Positions 1 to 10,056 of a stretch of DNA of 64,000 bases are shown here, piece by piece. The stretch spans positions 1-64,000 of the forward strand of contig JBBRSB010000006.1 of assembly GCA_038245785.1 (NCBI GenBank). The letters run 5' to 3'. This DNA is from Gloeobacterales cyanobacterium (GTDB lineage: Bacteria; Cyanobacteriota; Cyanobacteriia; Gloeobacterales; PMM-0068). The translations under genes were made by a program, and so were the position numbers. Position 1 is the first letter of the stretch. Each line of letters starts with the position of its first letter. The notes beneath the pieces are model-generated. The model did no database searches, had not been told where the DNA came from, and saw nothing but the letters and a program-made list of their open reading frames with translations.

Positions 1-141
1 CCTTTGGGCGACCGAATAAATGCTTTGCTATCGGGTTGCGGATTCAATCTGCGGAAACTCTACCGCTTTTTCTATTCCGCTCCGCTGCTCAAGCTACAAC
101 CTCAGGCGTGAGCCCAATATCCGATTTTTCAGGGACGACTA
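1..141 (+). mobile_element. 3' end of IS5-family insertion sequence (transposase C-terminus 1..111 plus right terminal inverted repeat)
   Basis: Frame +1 reads PLGDRINALLSGCGFNLRKLYRFF...QA*, the GDxINAxLxxxGxNLRxL C-terminal motif of IS5-family DDE transposases. It is followed by TTTTTCAGGGACGACTA (IR-like end) and CTAG. Confidence 0.8.
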
Positions 142-161
142 TCTAGGTAAGAGTGGACAAA

Positions 162-1994
162 CTAAACCGGATCTGCCGTTCTAGAGTTGCGCTCTACCTG
201 TTCGTATACAGAGGCACCCAGCTCTAGCAGAGAATGTTGAAGGATAGCCATACGTTCGCGCAACAGATTTTGGTCGTTGTTATCGAGGGCCGCGCGGACT
301 TCCAGGCTAGCGGTTTCGACTGCAGTCACCAACTCAGAACGCACCCGCTCTCGGTTTTCCAAAAGCGTCTTCTCACAGGTATAGAGCAAGGAATCTGCCT
401 GGTTGCGCACTTCAGCCAGTTCACGACGCAGACGGTCTTCCTCTGCGAAGCTGTCGGCTTCTTTACGCATACGCTCCACTTCTTGCTCGGTGAGACCGCC
501 GGAATGGGTAACGGCAATTTTTTGGGCGCGGCCTGTACCCTTATCAAGAGCTCCTACCTTGAGAATGCCATTGGCATCAATTTCAAAACTGACTTCAATT
601 TGAGGAATGCCTCTAGGAGCGGGGGGAATTCCTGAGAGTTGGAATCTGGCCAGGGATTTATTGTCCTGAGACATAGCCCGTTCTCCCTGAAGCACATGAA
701 TCTCAACGGAGGTTTGACCATCGGAAGCCGTGGAGAAAACTTGAGCTTTACAGGTAGGGATACTGGTGTTGCGTTCAATAATTTTGCTGAACACCCCTCC
801 AATCGTTTCGATCCCCATGGAAAGCGGAGTGACATCGAGCAAGAGAACATCCTGCACCTCTCCGCCCAAGACGCCGCCTTGAATCGCAGCCCCTAGGGCC
901 ACAGACTCATCCGGGTTCACCGAACGGTCTGGCTCTTTACCCATAAAGCGACGAACCGCAGCCTGTACCGCAGGAATTCGAGTAGAACCTCCGACCATGA
1001 GTACTTTTTCGATATCAGTGGGTGCAAGTCCACTGTCTTTCAAGGCTTGGCGGACAGGTTCCATCGTTCCTTCAATCAAGTCTGCCGCCAGCTCCTCAAA
1101 ATGAGCGCGGGTAAGCGTCGTATCCAGGTGTTTTGGCCCAGTGGCATCTGCCGTGATAAACGGCAAATTGATGGACGTAGAAACAGTAGCTGAGAGTTCT
1201 ATTTTTGCTTTTTCTGCTGCTTCTTTGAGCCGTTGGAGCGCCATTTTGTCATGGCTCAGGTCCAGGTTATGGGTCTTTTTGAATTCTTTCATCAACCACT
1301 GAACGATGCGGTCATCAAAGTCATCTCCGCCCAAGTGGTTATTTCCAGCCGTTGCCCGTACCTCGAACACTCCGTCTCCCAGCTCGAGCACAGAGACATC
1401 AAAAGTCCCGCCCCCCAAGTCGAATACAAGAATCCGATGTTGCGTAGCGCCTTTATCCAAACCGTAGGCCAAAGCAGCCGCTGTCGGTTCATTGATAATG
1501 CGTAACACTTCTAAACCAGCAATGGTTCCAGCATCCTTCGTCGCTTGCCGTTGAGCATCGGTGAAATAGGCAGGAACTGTGATTACAGCCTGAGTCACTT
1601 CTTCGCCCAAATAGGCTTCAGCATCAAATTTCAGCTTCTGGAGAACCATGGCAGAAATTTCTTGGGGGGTATAAATTTTGCCACGGGACTCGATATCGAC
1701 CGTAGCATCCTTACCCTGAACAGATTTGTACGGAACCCTTGAACGCTCAAGCTCCGTATCCTGCCAACGTCTTCCGATAAATCGCTTGATGGAGAAAATC
1801 GTATTTTCTGCGTTGGTAACGGCCTGACGTTTAGCGAGCTGGCCTACGAGCCGCTCGCTATTCTTGGCGAAGCCAACAATACTGGGAGTGGTCCTCCCAC
1901 CTTCGGTATTGGTAATAACAACAGGGGTTCCCCCCTCGAGAACGGCTACACAGCTATTGGTGGTGCCGAGGTCAATTCCAATTACCTTACTCAT
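162..1994 (-). CDS. dnaK: Molecular chaperone DnaK (Hsp70)
   Basis: [19 protein letters not shown] and VGGSTRIP motifs; directly downstream of grpE. Confidence 0.98.
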   Translation of the reverse strand: MSKVIGIDLGTTNSCVAVLEGGTPVVITNTEGGRTTPSIVGFAKNSERLVGQLAKRQAVTNAENTIFSIKRFIGRRWQDTELERSRVPYKSVQGKDATVDIESRGKIYTPQEISAMVLQKLKFDAEAYLGEEVTQAVITVPAYFTDAQRQATKDAGTIAGLEVLRIINEPTAAALAYGLDKGATQHRILVFDLGGGTFDVSVLELGDGVFEVRATAGNNHLGGDDFDDRIVQWLMKEFKKTHNLDLSHDKMALQRLKEAAEKAKIELSATVSTSINLPFITADATGPKHLDTTLTRAHFEELAADLIEGTMEPVRQALKDSGLAPTDIEKVLMVGGSTRIPAVQAAVRRFMGKEPDRSVNPDESVALGAAIQGGVLGGEVQDVLLLDVTPLSMGIETIGGVFSKIIERNTSIPTCKAQVFSTASDGQTSVEIHVLQGERAMSQDNKSLARFQLSGIPPAPRGIPQIEVSFEIDANGILKVGALDKGTGRAQKIAVTHSGGLTEQEVERMRKEADSFAEEDRLRRELAEVRNQADSLLYTCEKTLLENRERVRSELVTAVETASLEVRAALDNNDQNLLRERMAILQHSLLELGASVYEQVERNSRTADPV

Positions 1995-2003
1995 ATGTTT
2001 CGA

Positions 2004-2663
2004 TTATGCTCCTGCTGCATCTTCGGAAGACGGATGGTCTGTGAGGGAAGAAGTAGGAGTAGCTACCTTAACTACCGCATGCCTGAGGACTTTGTCACCG
2101 ATGACATAACCCCGTTGGAACTCGGCAAGGACTGTTTCTTCCGTATATTCGTCGGAAGCAGTCTGCATGACCGCTTCATGGAATGTAGGGTCAAACGGCT
2201 TGCCTTGAGCTTGTATGGGAGTCACACCTAGCTTCTCCAAAGTCATCAAGAATTGACGGTAGACAGCTTGATAGCTATCGTTTATCGCTTCTTCTCGCTC
2301 TGTTTCGATCTGGATTTGGGACTTAGCCCGTTCGAAGTTGTCCATCACAGTCAGGACTTCTTTGAGGACATCGGCCTTGATATTGGTCTGGAGCTCATCC
2401 TTCTCCCGTTGGGTACGGCGGCGGTAATTTTCAAAATCCGCGTAGAGTCGGGTGTACTGCTGCTCCTTCTCTTGGAATTGCTGGTCTTTGACCAAGAGTT
2501 TCTGGTTAAACTCGTCGATTTGGCCTACGAGCCGAGAAACTTCCTGAGCTAGAGCGTTCTCCAACTCAGTACTGTCCGGCTCCTTAGCCGGCTCTTTGGA
2601 AGGTTCAGAAGGATCAGGGGAAGTGCTGTCGAAATCAGTCATTGGGATATAAGTTGGCGGCAT
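2004..2663 (-). CDS. grpE: Nucleotide exchange factor GrpE
   Basis: ADFENYRRRT, FDPTFHEAV and GYxIGDKVLRHAVVKV motifs. Confidence 0.97.
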   Translation of the reverse strand: MPPTYIPMTDFDSTSPDPSEPSKEPAKEPDSTELENALAQEVSRLVGQIDEFNQKLLVKDQQFQEKEQQYTRLYADFENYRRRTQREKDELQTNIKADVLKEVLTVMDNFERAKSQIQIETEREEAINDSYQAVYRQFLMTLEKLGVTPIQAQGKPFDPTFHEAVMQTASDEYTEETVLAEFQRGYVIGDKVLRHAVVKVATPTSSLTDHPSSEDAAGA

Positions 2664-2767
2664 TTCCTATCTTAACTGCTAGTAGTTAGCAACTTGAAGT
2701 AGATAATCAACTGCTCTCTAGGTTTCCCATAAAAAGCAGGCATTACGCACGATAGTCAAAAAATCCT

Positions 2768-5122
2768 TTAAATAGCCTGCCAGACCGCTCCCTGAAAGGG
2801 TTCACCATTTTTAAAGACCTGTTGAGGCGGGATAGGACTATGTAGAACAAAAGACGCTTTTGATTCAGGGTCTGGTTCCATCCAAAGATGCCAAACGCCC
2901 TGCTGATGGCTAAAACGAACGGCAATCGCCGGCCAAACGTCCAGACCATTCAGACTTTCTCCATCATCTCTGTAAAAATTCAGGAAACCTTCTGCTTTAT
3001 CGGTCCCACCAAAGCAATGGAATGCTATCTGGGCTGAGGCAGGGACAGGAGCGCGAGTCTGAGGAGAACTTTGTGAGTCCTGCATCGGAATTAAAGCTCC
3101 GGTGCGGATGAAGAGCGGAATTTCTTCCAATTCCACCCAGAGCTCTAAAAGCTCCGGTCCTTGGAAATAGTTCCCATCATGCCAGCGCATCCAGCTCCCG
3201 TCGGGTAAGTAGACCTGTTTGCGCCCTCCTGCTGCCGTGAGCGGGGCTACGAGCATATCCGGTCCCAGGAGGTATGTTTCCCAACGGTCATAGGCCTTAG
3301 GATCTGCCGGGTAATGCAGGTACAGAGGACGGCACAGCGGCAATCCTTGCTGATGACAAACCCAGCTCAGATGGTAGAGATAGGGGAACAGTTGGGAGCG
3401 CAGATGGAGTGCTTTGCGTACCGCCTGCAGAATCTTTTCTCCGTAGGCCCAGGGTTCTCGTCGTCCATGATCGCTGTGTAGTCTAAAGACAGGACTCAGG
3501 GCGCCAAATTGAACCCAACGGAGAAACAGCTCTGGATCGATCGGGCCAACCCCTGCCTCAGGACCAAAGAAACCGCCGATGTCATGGGACTGATAGGCAA
3601 CCCCCACGTTCCCTGACCGGGCCGTATAGTCCACCTGGAAGCGCAAAACTTCCCAATGAGAAAAGGTATCTGCGGAAAACTGGACCGGATAGCGATGGGA
3701 ACCAATGCCGCCCGTTCGAGACAAAATCAAGCTGCGCCGTTGGGTCTGGGCTTGCTGATGGGTGTAGTAGACATGATTGGTCCAAAGCTGAGAATGCACG
3801 CCCGTTGCCTGGGCACTGTCCCCATCAATCCACCAAAAATCGATACCCTGCTCGACCAAAGGGCGGTGCAGATGGTCCCAAAACACCTGAGCATCTTTTT
3901 CTTGAGCAAGGTTAAATAGCAACCAACCGACTTCCTGTTCCTCAGGGGTAGGAATAAACACGCCGCCTCCATCCGCATGCCAAGAATCAAAAATCCAATT
4001 GACGGTGGGATTTTTCACCGGAAAAACTTCTCCGGCTCTGACGGCTTTTGGGTCTAAGCCTAAGGCGGTACACGCTCCTTCAAAGTGGCTATCGGTGGGA
4101 GGCAATCCTTCAACATGGACATTGGCCGTCAGGTGCAGCCCCTGTTCTTTCACCCAATCTAAAAAAGCCTGGGGGTCAGGAAAACGCTCTTTCTGCCAGT
4201 CCCAACCACACCAGCCGTGGTCATGCCAGTCCACATCGATGACAAGCACATCCAAGGGCAAATCCAGACCATCGAAGTGGTCTACTAAATCCTGATACTC
4301 CTGATCTTTCAACTGACCAAAAACAGAGAACCAAACGCCAAAGGTCCAAGAGGGGACCATAGGCACAGGCCCACAGAGCTGGACAAAGTCTTGGAGGGCG
4401 AGGGGGTAATCCTGACCATAGGCAAAAAAGTACCAGTCTTGGCCCTCGCGCTTGCAGTCGTCGCAGAGGGCACCCCGGTAATCGACCAAAGCACTTTGAG
4501 AATCATCTAGAACAAAATAGCCAGCAGCGCTAAGGATACCCGGTGGGCATTTTTGCCATTCAGCTAGCGTCTTTCTGGCTTTTTCTGGCAATTCATCCTG
4601 ACGCTGTTCCCACAGGTACCAGAGTGGAGGCTTCTCAAATGCTGTTTTTTCGCCCTTGGCTCTAAGCTCGTTATGGATAGCCATAGTTGGGGCGTAGAGA
4701 ACGGTCTGGGCTCCAGGATAGTCCAACCCAACCCCCGCAGGATGAACTCCCTCTGGCAGGAAATAGCGCTGGGCCATATCCAGACTACCGACCGTGCCTC
4801 CCAGGTTATGCAGGTCTACCTGTCCAGGCGTCCAGGTTCCTTGGAGATGAGCATTTTCCCAGGAGATATGGAGATTATGATCACTAAAAGGCTCGCCATT
4901 GGGCGTATAGGTCAGCGTCATCACGCTCGTGAACAGCGTAACGGTCTCAGCCGTTGTCTTTATTTCGACCCAGGGAATGCCGGGACCACGGGTATAAGCC
5001 TGAACTGTTTTTCGGTCCTCAAATGGATACCCGTCCGCTGTGGCAGAGGAAGAATATTCTAAACGGACCAAAGAAGGCGAAAGGCAGGTAAACCGAGCTG
5101 GGCCAAGGATGAAAGAGTGCAT
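2768..5122 (-). CDS. Glycoside hydrolase family 31 (alpha-glucosidase/alpha-xylosidase-like)
   Basis: VIDVDW, FPDP, WWID nucleophile motif, FSAD acid/base region, SHDIGGF, RWVQFG, LFPYLY. Confidence 0.9.
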   Translation of the reverse strand: MHSFILGPARFTCLSPSLVRLEYSSSATADGYPFEDRKTVQAYTRGPGIPWVEIKTTAETVTLFTSVMTLTYTPNGEPFSDHNLHISWENAHLQGTWTPGQVDLHNLGGTVGSLDMAQRYFLPEGVHPAGVGLDYPGAQTVLYAPTMAIHNELRAKGEKTAFEKPPLWYLWEQRQDELPEKARKTLAEWQKCPPGILSAAGYFVLDDSQSALVDYRGALCDDCKREGQDWYFFAYGQDYPLALQDFVQLCGPVPMVPSWTFGVWFSVFGQLKDQEYQDLVDHFDGLDLPLDVLVIDVDWHDHGWCGWDWQKERFPDPQAFLDWVKEQGLHLTANVHVEGLPPTDSHFEGACTALGLDPKAVRAGEVFPVKNPTVNWIFDSWHADGGGVFIPTPEEQEVGWLLFNLAQEKDAQVFWDHLHRPLVEQGIDFWWIDGDSAQATGVHSQLWTNHVYYTHQQAQTQRRSLILSRTGGIGSHRYPVQFSADTFSHWEVLRFQVDYTARSGNVGVAYQSHDIGGFFGPEAGVGPIDPELFLRWVQFGALSPVFRLHSDHGRREPWAYGEKILQAVRKALHLRSQLFPYLYHLSWVCHQQGLPLCRPLYLHYPADPKAYDRWETYLLGPDMLVAPLTAAGGRKQVYLPDGSWMRWHDGNYFQGPELLELWVELEEIPLFIRTGALIPMQDSQSSPQTRAPVPASAQIAFHCFGGTDKAEGFLNFYRDDGESLNGLDVWPAIAVRFSHQQGVWHLWMEPDPESKASFVLHSPIPPQQVFKNGEPFQGAVWQAI

Positions 5123-5314
5123 ACTCCATGCTAAACACGGGTCTCACAGAAAGTGACAACTTCTTCACGAAAGCTTTTGGGGGACTCACGCAACCAATTG
5201 CTAAAGCTCTGGTTAAGACAATTTTTATAAACAGCTTCCCGTCGAAATTTAGGACAATTCAAATCAGTGAAAAGGCTCTATAGAATGAACTTGTCGTTGA
5301 ATGAAGCCGTTGCT

Positions 5315-5791
5315 TTAACCGCGTGTTTTACAGAAGGTAGCTAATTCTGTGCGGAAGCTTTTGCTGCTTCTACGCAACCAATCTCCAAAGGAGTTATCGG
5401 TGCGCGATCTAGCCTCAGCTTCTTGACGGCACTTGGGGCAACCAGGAGCATTGCGAAAAACGGGAGGTAGTTGCTCAGGTTTGGTGAGGACGACACTACC
5501 CTGTCTACTAAAGCTAGTTGAGAAGTAATCTTCAATAATTTCCTTAGTCTTTTCGTTACAGATAGCAGCGAATCGATAAGAAAAAGGTACTTTACTAATT
5601 TCGAAGCCAGCACGACGAATCGTTGTAAATTTTTGCGATAGTTCGTTGGCTAAAGCATCCACCCCCGCAGCCGGAGCCGCTGCAGGTTTCTCTGGAGTGG
5701 GCTTCGCAGGTGCAGGCTTTGGCTGGGCAAATGCCATAGGGCTTGTGGATAGGATCAAAAGTGCACTTAAAAGGACATAGGACGTTTTCAT
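5315..5791 (-). CDS. Secreted hypothetical protein
   Basis: Sec-type signal peptide ending AFA, Pro/Ala linker, four Cys including CPKC. Confidence 0.7.
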   Translation of the reverse strand: MKTSYVLLSALLILSTSPMAFAQPKPAPAKPTPEKPAAAPAAGVDALANELSQKFTTIRRAGFEISKVPFSYRFAAICNEKTKEIIEDYFSTSFSRQGSVVLTKPEQLPPVFRNAPGCPKCRQEAEARSRTDNSFGDWLRRSSKSFRTELATFCKTRG

Positions 5792-5877
5792 GGCGGGGTC
5801 TTTTTAGGGCTTGGCAAGTCAGGATTACATCTACCACATTTTGGGTTCCTGGAACTCTGGCACCGCTTCACATTTGT

Positions 5878-7299
5878 TTACACAAATATCTTATTTGGAT
5901 TGCAGACAGCTTGTGGGTCAAAGACCACACGGATTTTTTTCATCGCCTCCAGCGATGAGGGCTGAAAAAAGCGAGTCAAAGCTTCCCGTTTTTCAAAACC
6001 GATACCGGAGGTTCCCCCGATATTGCCGCCCACATCTGTGCAGATCTGCATCATTTCCAAGCCACACTGGCGCACTTGGTTGATCTGCTCCGGATCTTTT
6101 TTGTCATAGAGCATCAGGGGCAATAGATGACCGTCTCCAACATGGATCAGATAGCCCACCTTCAATCCATAGCTGCGCCCCAAGGCGCTGAGTCGGCTCA
6201 CCACCTCAGGCAGTTTGGAAAGTGGGATCACCCCATCTTGAAGAAAATAGGCGTTGGCGAGGCGGCCAGTAGCACCTACAGCCTGGTGATAGGTCTGCCA
6301 GAAGAACGTACGCTCCTGAGCATCTTTGGCACTATAGCAAAGCAGGGATTTCAGTTCTTGGCATATTCCCTGAAGAACTTTTTCCTGAGTATCCAAGCCA
6401 AGGGCTGGGTCTTTGGAACCATCCAAATCGATCAAGAGTAGGGCCTGTTCTGCCTCAAAGCGCGCACCTTGCAGAATGGTTTGGAATCGGGGATAGGCAC
6501 TGACAAGAGCCGCAATAACGATACTATCGAGCAGCTCTAAGGCGGCAGGCAACAAGCCTCTTTTTAGCAAGAGAATGGCTGCCTCCGCTGCGTCACTAAG
6601 ACGGTCAAAAACGACGACAAAGGTGCGGGTAGTCGGTGGAATCGGCAAAAGACGAACTACGAGTCTTGTCATGATGCCGAAGGTACCCTCTGAACCAACG
6701 ATGAGACCGACCCAATCTAGCCCAGAAGACTCCAAAACCTTACCTCCGACCCTTAGAAGTTGCCCATCGGGCAGGGCCATCTCTATGCCAAGGATATGGT
6801 CCGTAGTACTTCCATATTTGAGACTATGAGGACCACTCATATTCAAGGCAGTATGGCCTCCCAAGGTAGAAGCGAGTTGAGAAACAGGGTCCGGCGGAAA
6901 GTACAGACCGTAGGGACAAGCCTGTTGACATAGCCAGGCATTGGTAACTCCAGGCTGAATCACGGCGGCCCGATTGACCACATCAATTTCCAGGATTTTA
7001 TTCATCCGGGCCATACTCACCATGATGCCCCCTTCGCTATCCACAGCTCCCCCCATGAGCCCCGTTCCAGAACCTCTCGGGGTCAGGGGAAGTTGGTAGC
7101 GTTGGGCAATTTTGACGATTTCGACTACTTCTTCAGTGGACTTTGGCAGTACTACGACCCCAGGAAGGCTTCTATGCATACGGCCCGCATCGGTTTCGTA
7201 TACCCTCAACTCTTCGGGCTGAGTGAGGACAAAGGTCGCCCCAATCGCTGCCCGCAGGTCATTCACCAATGAATTTGTAGGGGGACCAAGGCGGTTCAT
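5878..7299 (-). CDS. FAD-linked oxidase, GlcD-like (C-terminal active-site motifs degenerate)
   Basis: PRGSGTGL FAD motif, DPxS...LKYG, GSEGTFG, NPNKIF end; canonical GEHG motif absent. Confidence 0.85.
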   Translation of the reverse strand: MNRLGPPTNSLVNDLRAAIGATFVLTQPEELRVYETDAGRMHRSLPGVVVLPKSTEEVVEIVKIAQRYQLPLTPRGSGTGLMGGAVDSEGGIMVSMARMNKILEIDVVNRAAVIQPGVTNAWLCQQACPYGLYFPPDPVSQLASTLGGHTALNMSGPHSLKYGSTTDHILGIEMALPDGQLLRVGGKVLESSGLDWVGLIVGSEGTFGIMTRLVVRLLPIPPTTRTFVVVFDRLSDAAEAAILLLKRGLLPAALELLDSIVIAALVSAYPRFQTILQGARFEAEQALLLIDLDGSKDPALGLDTQEKVLQGICQELKSLLCYSAKDAQERTFFWQTYHQAVGATGRLANAYFLQDGVIPLSKLPEVVSRLSALGRSYGLKVGYLIHVGDGHLLPLMLYDKKDPEQINQVRQCGLEMMQICTDVGGNIGGTSGIGFEKREALTRFFQPSSLEAMKKIRVVFDPQAVCNPNKIFV

Positions 7300-7304
7300 G
7301 GGTT

Positions 7305-8645
7305 TTAGAGCCTTCTTTGCAGAAGATAGTTTTGTTTTACTTCTTCTAAAACGGCAATTAAGATATCACGCACTTCATTATCAACATTTTGTGCTTTCAG
7401 TTCTGCTGCTAGTTTTCCAGAAAATTTTCTGACCAACTGTTCTGCAAGTTGCTTTCCTTTGCGGTCATTGCTGGAATCTTCAAGGATATTGATTACGGCA
7501 CGATACATATTTCCAGCAAAACGCTCTAGAGCGGCATTTTGAAGTTTGCCCACTACAGGTGTTTTCTGGAGGGTTTGATAGGCCGGATTGTTTTCTAATC
7601 CTGCTGTCAAAACATGATTGACTAACTGGGCTACCTCAGGCTCCAAGCCAGGCAAAATGGACTGCACCAAAGTCTGAGTCTGACGATCAATAAATTTATC
7701 TAATTTATAGTTAGTTTTAGATGAGATAGAAGGCTGAAGGACATCCGAAAAATTTGTACTGCGGATAGTATCTTCTACTTGATCAATAATTTGTAGCACT
7801 ACTAATTCAGAAACCTTATCGGCCAAGAGTACAGAGTAGCGGTCATTAATATAGTCAACCGCTGTGCCAACAGGAGTGTCCAATTGGTCTGAGCGGACTA
7901 GATAAGGAATAAATCTCAGCAACCTTAACCATCCCCAATGGACCGTGAATATCAGCCAGAAAAAGTCATACCAACGAGTAGCTAAACCCTGTCTGAAGCT
8001 GGTTTTTGATTTTCTGGAGATATAGAGTGCCCTTATAAATAGTTCAGCAGCGAATATCCCAATAAAATACAGATCGATTTGCCAGAATTTGTCAATAAAC
8101 TCTCCATCTTCTCCATACCTACGAAAGTAGTTCGACTTAAAAAGCGGTTCTAACTTTTTTTCATAAAAATCAAGCTCATCCTTATTCAGATTTTCAACAG
8201 ACCAAAATACTTTAAAAGATTGAGTAGCACTCTTGTTATTCATACGCTTGCGAATTCTATTTTTAATCCTTTCCAAGCTTCCTGTTTTTCCTACCCGTGC
8301 AAAAGGATCTGTATCAATGATTGATTGACTCTTAGTTTGCAAATCTAAGAGAAGTTTGGGTATTTCTGGATCTTGAGGATTTTGCAAATACTTTGCTTTC
8401 ACCTTTTGGGCCGTATCTATGTATCCCTGGGTAATAAAATTAGGCTCTGTTCCTTTATAGGGGTCATAGAGTTGAACAATAGGTTCCAAATTCACAGAGT
8501 CATTATTGATATAAAAAGTTCTAAATTCAAAATAAGTCAAGTCAAAAATAACCAATAAAATATTGGCGGTAGCAACTAGATAGAAGAACCACTCTACCAA
8601 CCGAGGGAAAAGTATCGGCTGGAAGAGCTTAGAACGTGCAGACAT
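7305..8645 (-). CDS. Hypothetical membrane protein (ion-transport-like TM segment)
   Basis: 446-aa ORF with TM helices and an RWYD...LRLLRFIP segment; 5 nt upstream of the GlcD-like gene. Confidence 0.7.
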   Translation of the reverse strand: MSARSKLFQPILFPRLVEWFFYLVATANILLVIFDLTYFEFRTFYINNDSVNLEPIVQLYDPYKGTEPNFITQGYIDTAQKVKAKYLQNPQDPEIPKLLLDLQTKSQSIIDTDPFARVGKTGSLERIKNRIRKRMNNKSATQSFKVFWSVENLNKDELDFYEKKLEPLFKSNYFRRYGEDGEFIDKFWQIDLYFIGIFAAELFIRALYISRKSKTSFRQGLATRWYDFFWLIFTVHWGWLRLLRFIPYLVRSDQLDTPVGTAVDYINDRYSVLLADKVSELVVLQIIDQVEDTIRSTNFSDVLQPSISSKTNYKLDKFIDRQTQTLVQSILPGLEPEVAQLVNHVLTAGLENNPAYQTLQKTPVVGKLQNAALERFAGNMYRAVINILEDSSNDRKGKQLAEQLVRKFSGKLAAELKAQNVDNEVRDILIAVLEEVKQNYLLQRRL

Positions 8646-8680
8646 AATTTTGGGTGAAGTCTACGGATTTCAAGTGTGGC

Positions 8681-9985
8681 TCAAGCTGAGCCAAGCCCCA
8701 ACCGTGCGAATACCTGCTCCAGATTTTTCAGATGTTCCTTGGGATCAAAACAGTTTTCCAGTTCGTCCTCAGAAAGATGGGCCATGACCTCTGGATCGGC
8801 CAACAGGTTAGTTCTGAAATTTCCACTATCAGTATTCCAGGCACTATGGGCATTGTGTTGGACGAGCCGATAGGCATCTTCCCGACTCATCCCTTTACTA
8901 ACCAAACTAAGCAGCACCCGCTGCGAGAAAATCACGCCTCCATAGACATTTAAATTGCGGGCCATATTGTCTTCGTGAACGAGCAAATTGCGGGTCAGGC
9001 CTGCAAATTTCACCAGCATATAGTGAAGCAAAATCGAAGAATCCGGCAAAATCACCCGCTCCACTGAGCTGTGAGAAATATCTCGCTCATGCCAGAGGGG
9101 AATATTCTCCCAGGATGCGATAGCATTGCTGCGTACAATCCGAGCTAGTCCAGAAAGCTGCTCTGAGGTCACCGGATTGCGCTTATGAGGCATGGCTGAT
9201 GAGCCTTTTTGGCCTTTGGCGAAAAATTCTTCTACCTCTAGAACATCGGTTCGCTGGAGGTTACGAATTTCCACACAGAAACGCTCAATCGAGGAAGCCA
9301 AGAGCGCCAAGGTTTGGGCAAATTCGCCGTGGTGGTCCCGAGCAATAATTTGGGTGGAGGCCAGGTCTGGCTTTAGTCCCAAGTCTTCACAGGTCCACGC
9401 TTCCACGCGAGGGTCGATATTGGCGTAGGTTCCTACGGCTCCAGAGATCTTACCCACTGCTACGCGTACGCGCATTTGCTGCAGGCGCTCACGATGACGT
9501 TCCAACTCTGCCAACCAACCGCAGAGCTTGAAGCCAAAGGTCATCGGTTCTGCATGTATGCCATGGGTACGGCCCACCATGATCGTATATCGATGGTCAT
9601 TAGCCTTACTGCGAACAGCCGCTATGGCCTCTTCAAGGACGCTGAGCAGCAGATCGACGGTCTGGACGAGCTGGAGGGCCAAGGCCGTATCCAAAACGTC
9701 TGAGCTGGTCATTCCGAGGTGGATGTAACGTCCAGCCTCGCCGACGTGTTCATTGACATTTGTCAAAAAAGCAATCACATCATGCTTGACCTCAGCCTCA
9801 ATTTCAGCGATCCGTTCTACGGAAAAATTGGCTTTAGCCTTAATTTCTTCTAAGGCCTCTGGGGGAATGAGGCCCAAACGGGTCATCGCCTTACAGGCTG
9901 CTATTTCTACGTTCAGCCAATTGCGATACTTTTGTTCCTCGCTCCATACTGCAGCCATCGGGGCGAGGGTATAGCGTTCGATCAA
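8681..9985 (-). CDS. purB: Adenylosuccinate lyase
   Basis: MIERY start, GRTHGIHAEP, GSSAMPHKRNP signature. Confidence 0.98.
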   Translation of the reverse strand: MIERYTLAPMAAVWSEEQKYRNWLNVEIAACKAMTRLGLIPPEALEEIKAKANFSVERIAEIEAEVKHDVIAFLTNVNEHVGEAGRYIHLGMTSSDVLDTALALQLVQTVDLLLSVLEEAIAAVRSKANDHRYTIMVGRTHGIHAEPMTFGFKLCGWLAELERHRERLQQMRVRVAVGKISGAVGTYANIDPRVEAWTCEDLGLKPDLASTQIIARDHHGEFAQTLALLASSIERFCVEIRNLQRTDVLEVEEFFAKGQKGSSAMPHKRNPVTSEQLSGLARIVRSNAIASWENIPLWHERDISHSSVERVILPDSSILLHYMLVKFAGLTRNLLVHEDNMARNLNVYGGVIFSQRVLLSLVSKGMSREDAYRLVQHNAHSAWNTDSGNFRTNLLADPEVMAHLSEDELENCFDPKEHLKNLEQVFARLGLGSA

Positions 9986-10056
9986 GGGAATTCCTCTAGG
10001 CTTCTAGCTCAGATTTAGAACGTCTCTCATGCTACCAAAAAGACAGAACCCCTATT

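Noticed and set aside
2664..2767. CIRCE/HrcA operator upstream of grpE-dnaK
   Set aside because: No TTAGCACTC-N9-GAGTGCTAA match visible.
5878..7299. FAD-linked oxidase as the missing DprE1
   Set aside because: Same broad fold family, but its motifs are GlcD-type and it lies about 25 kb from the ubiA locus with no DprE2-like SDR.
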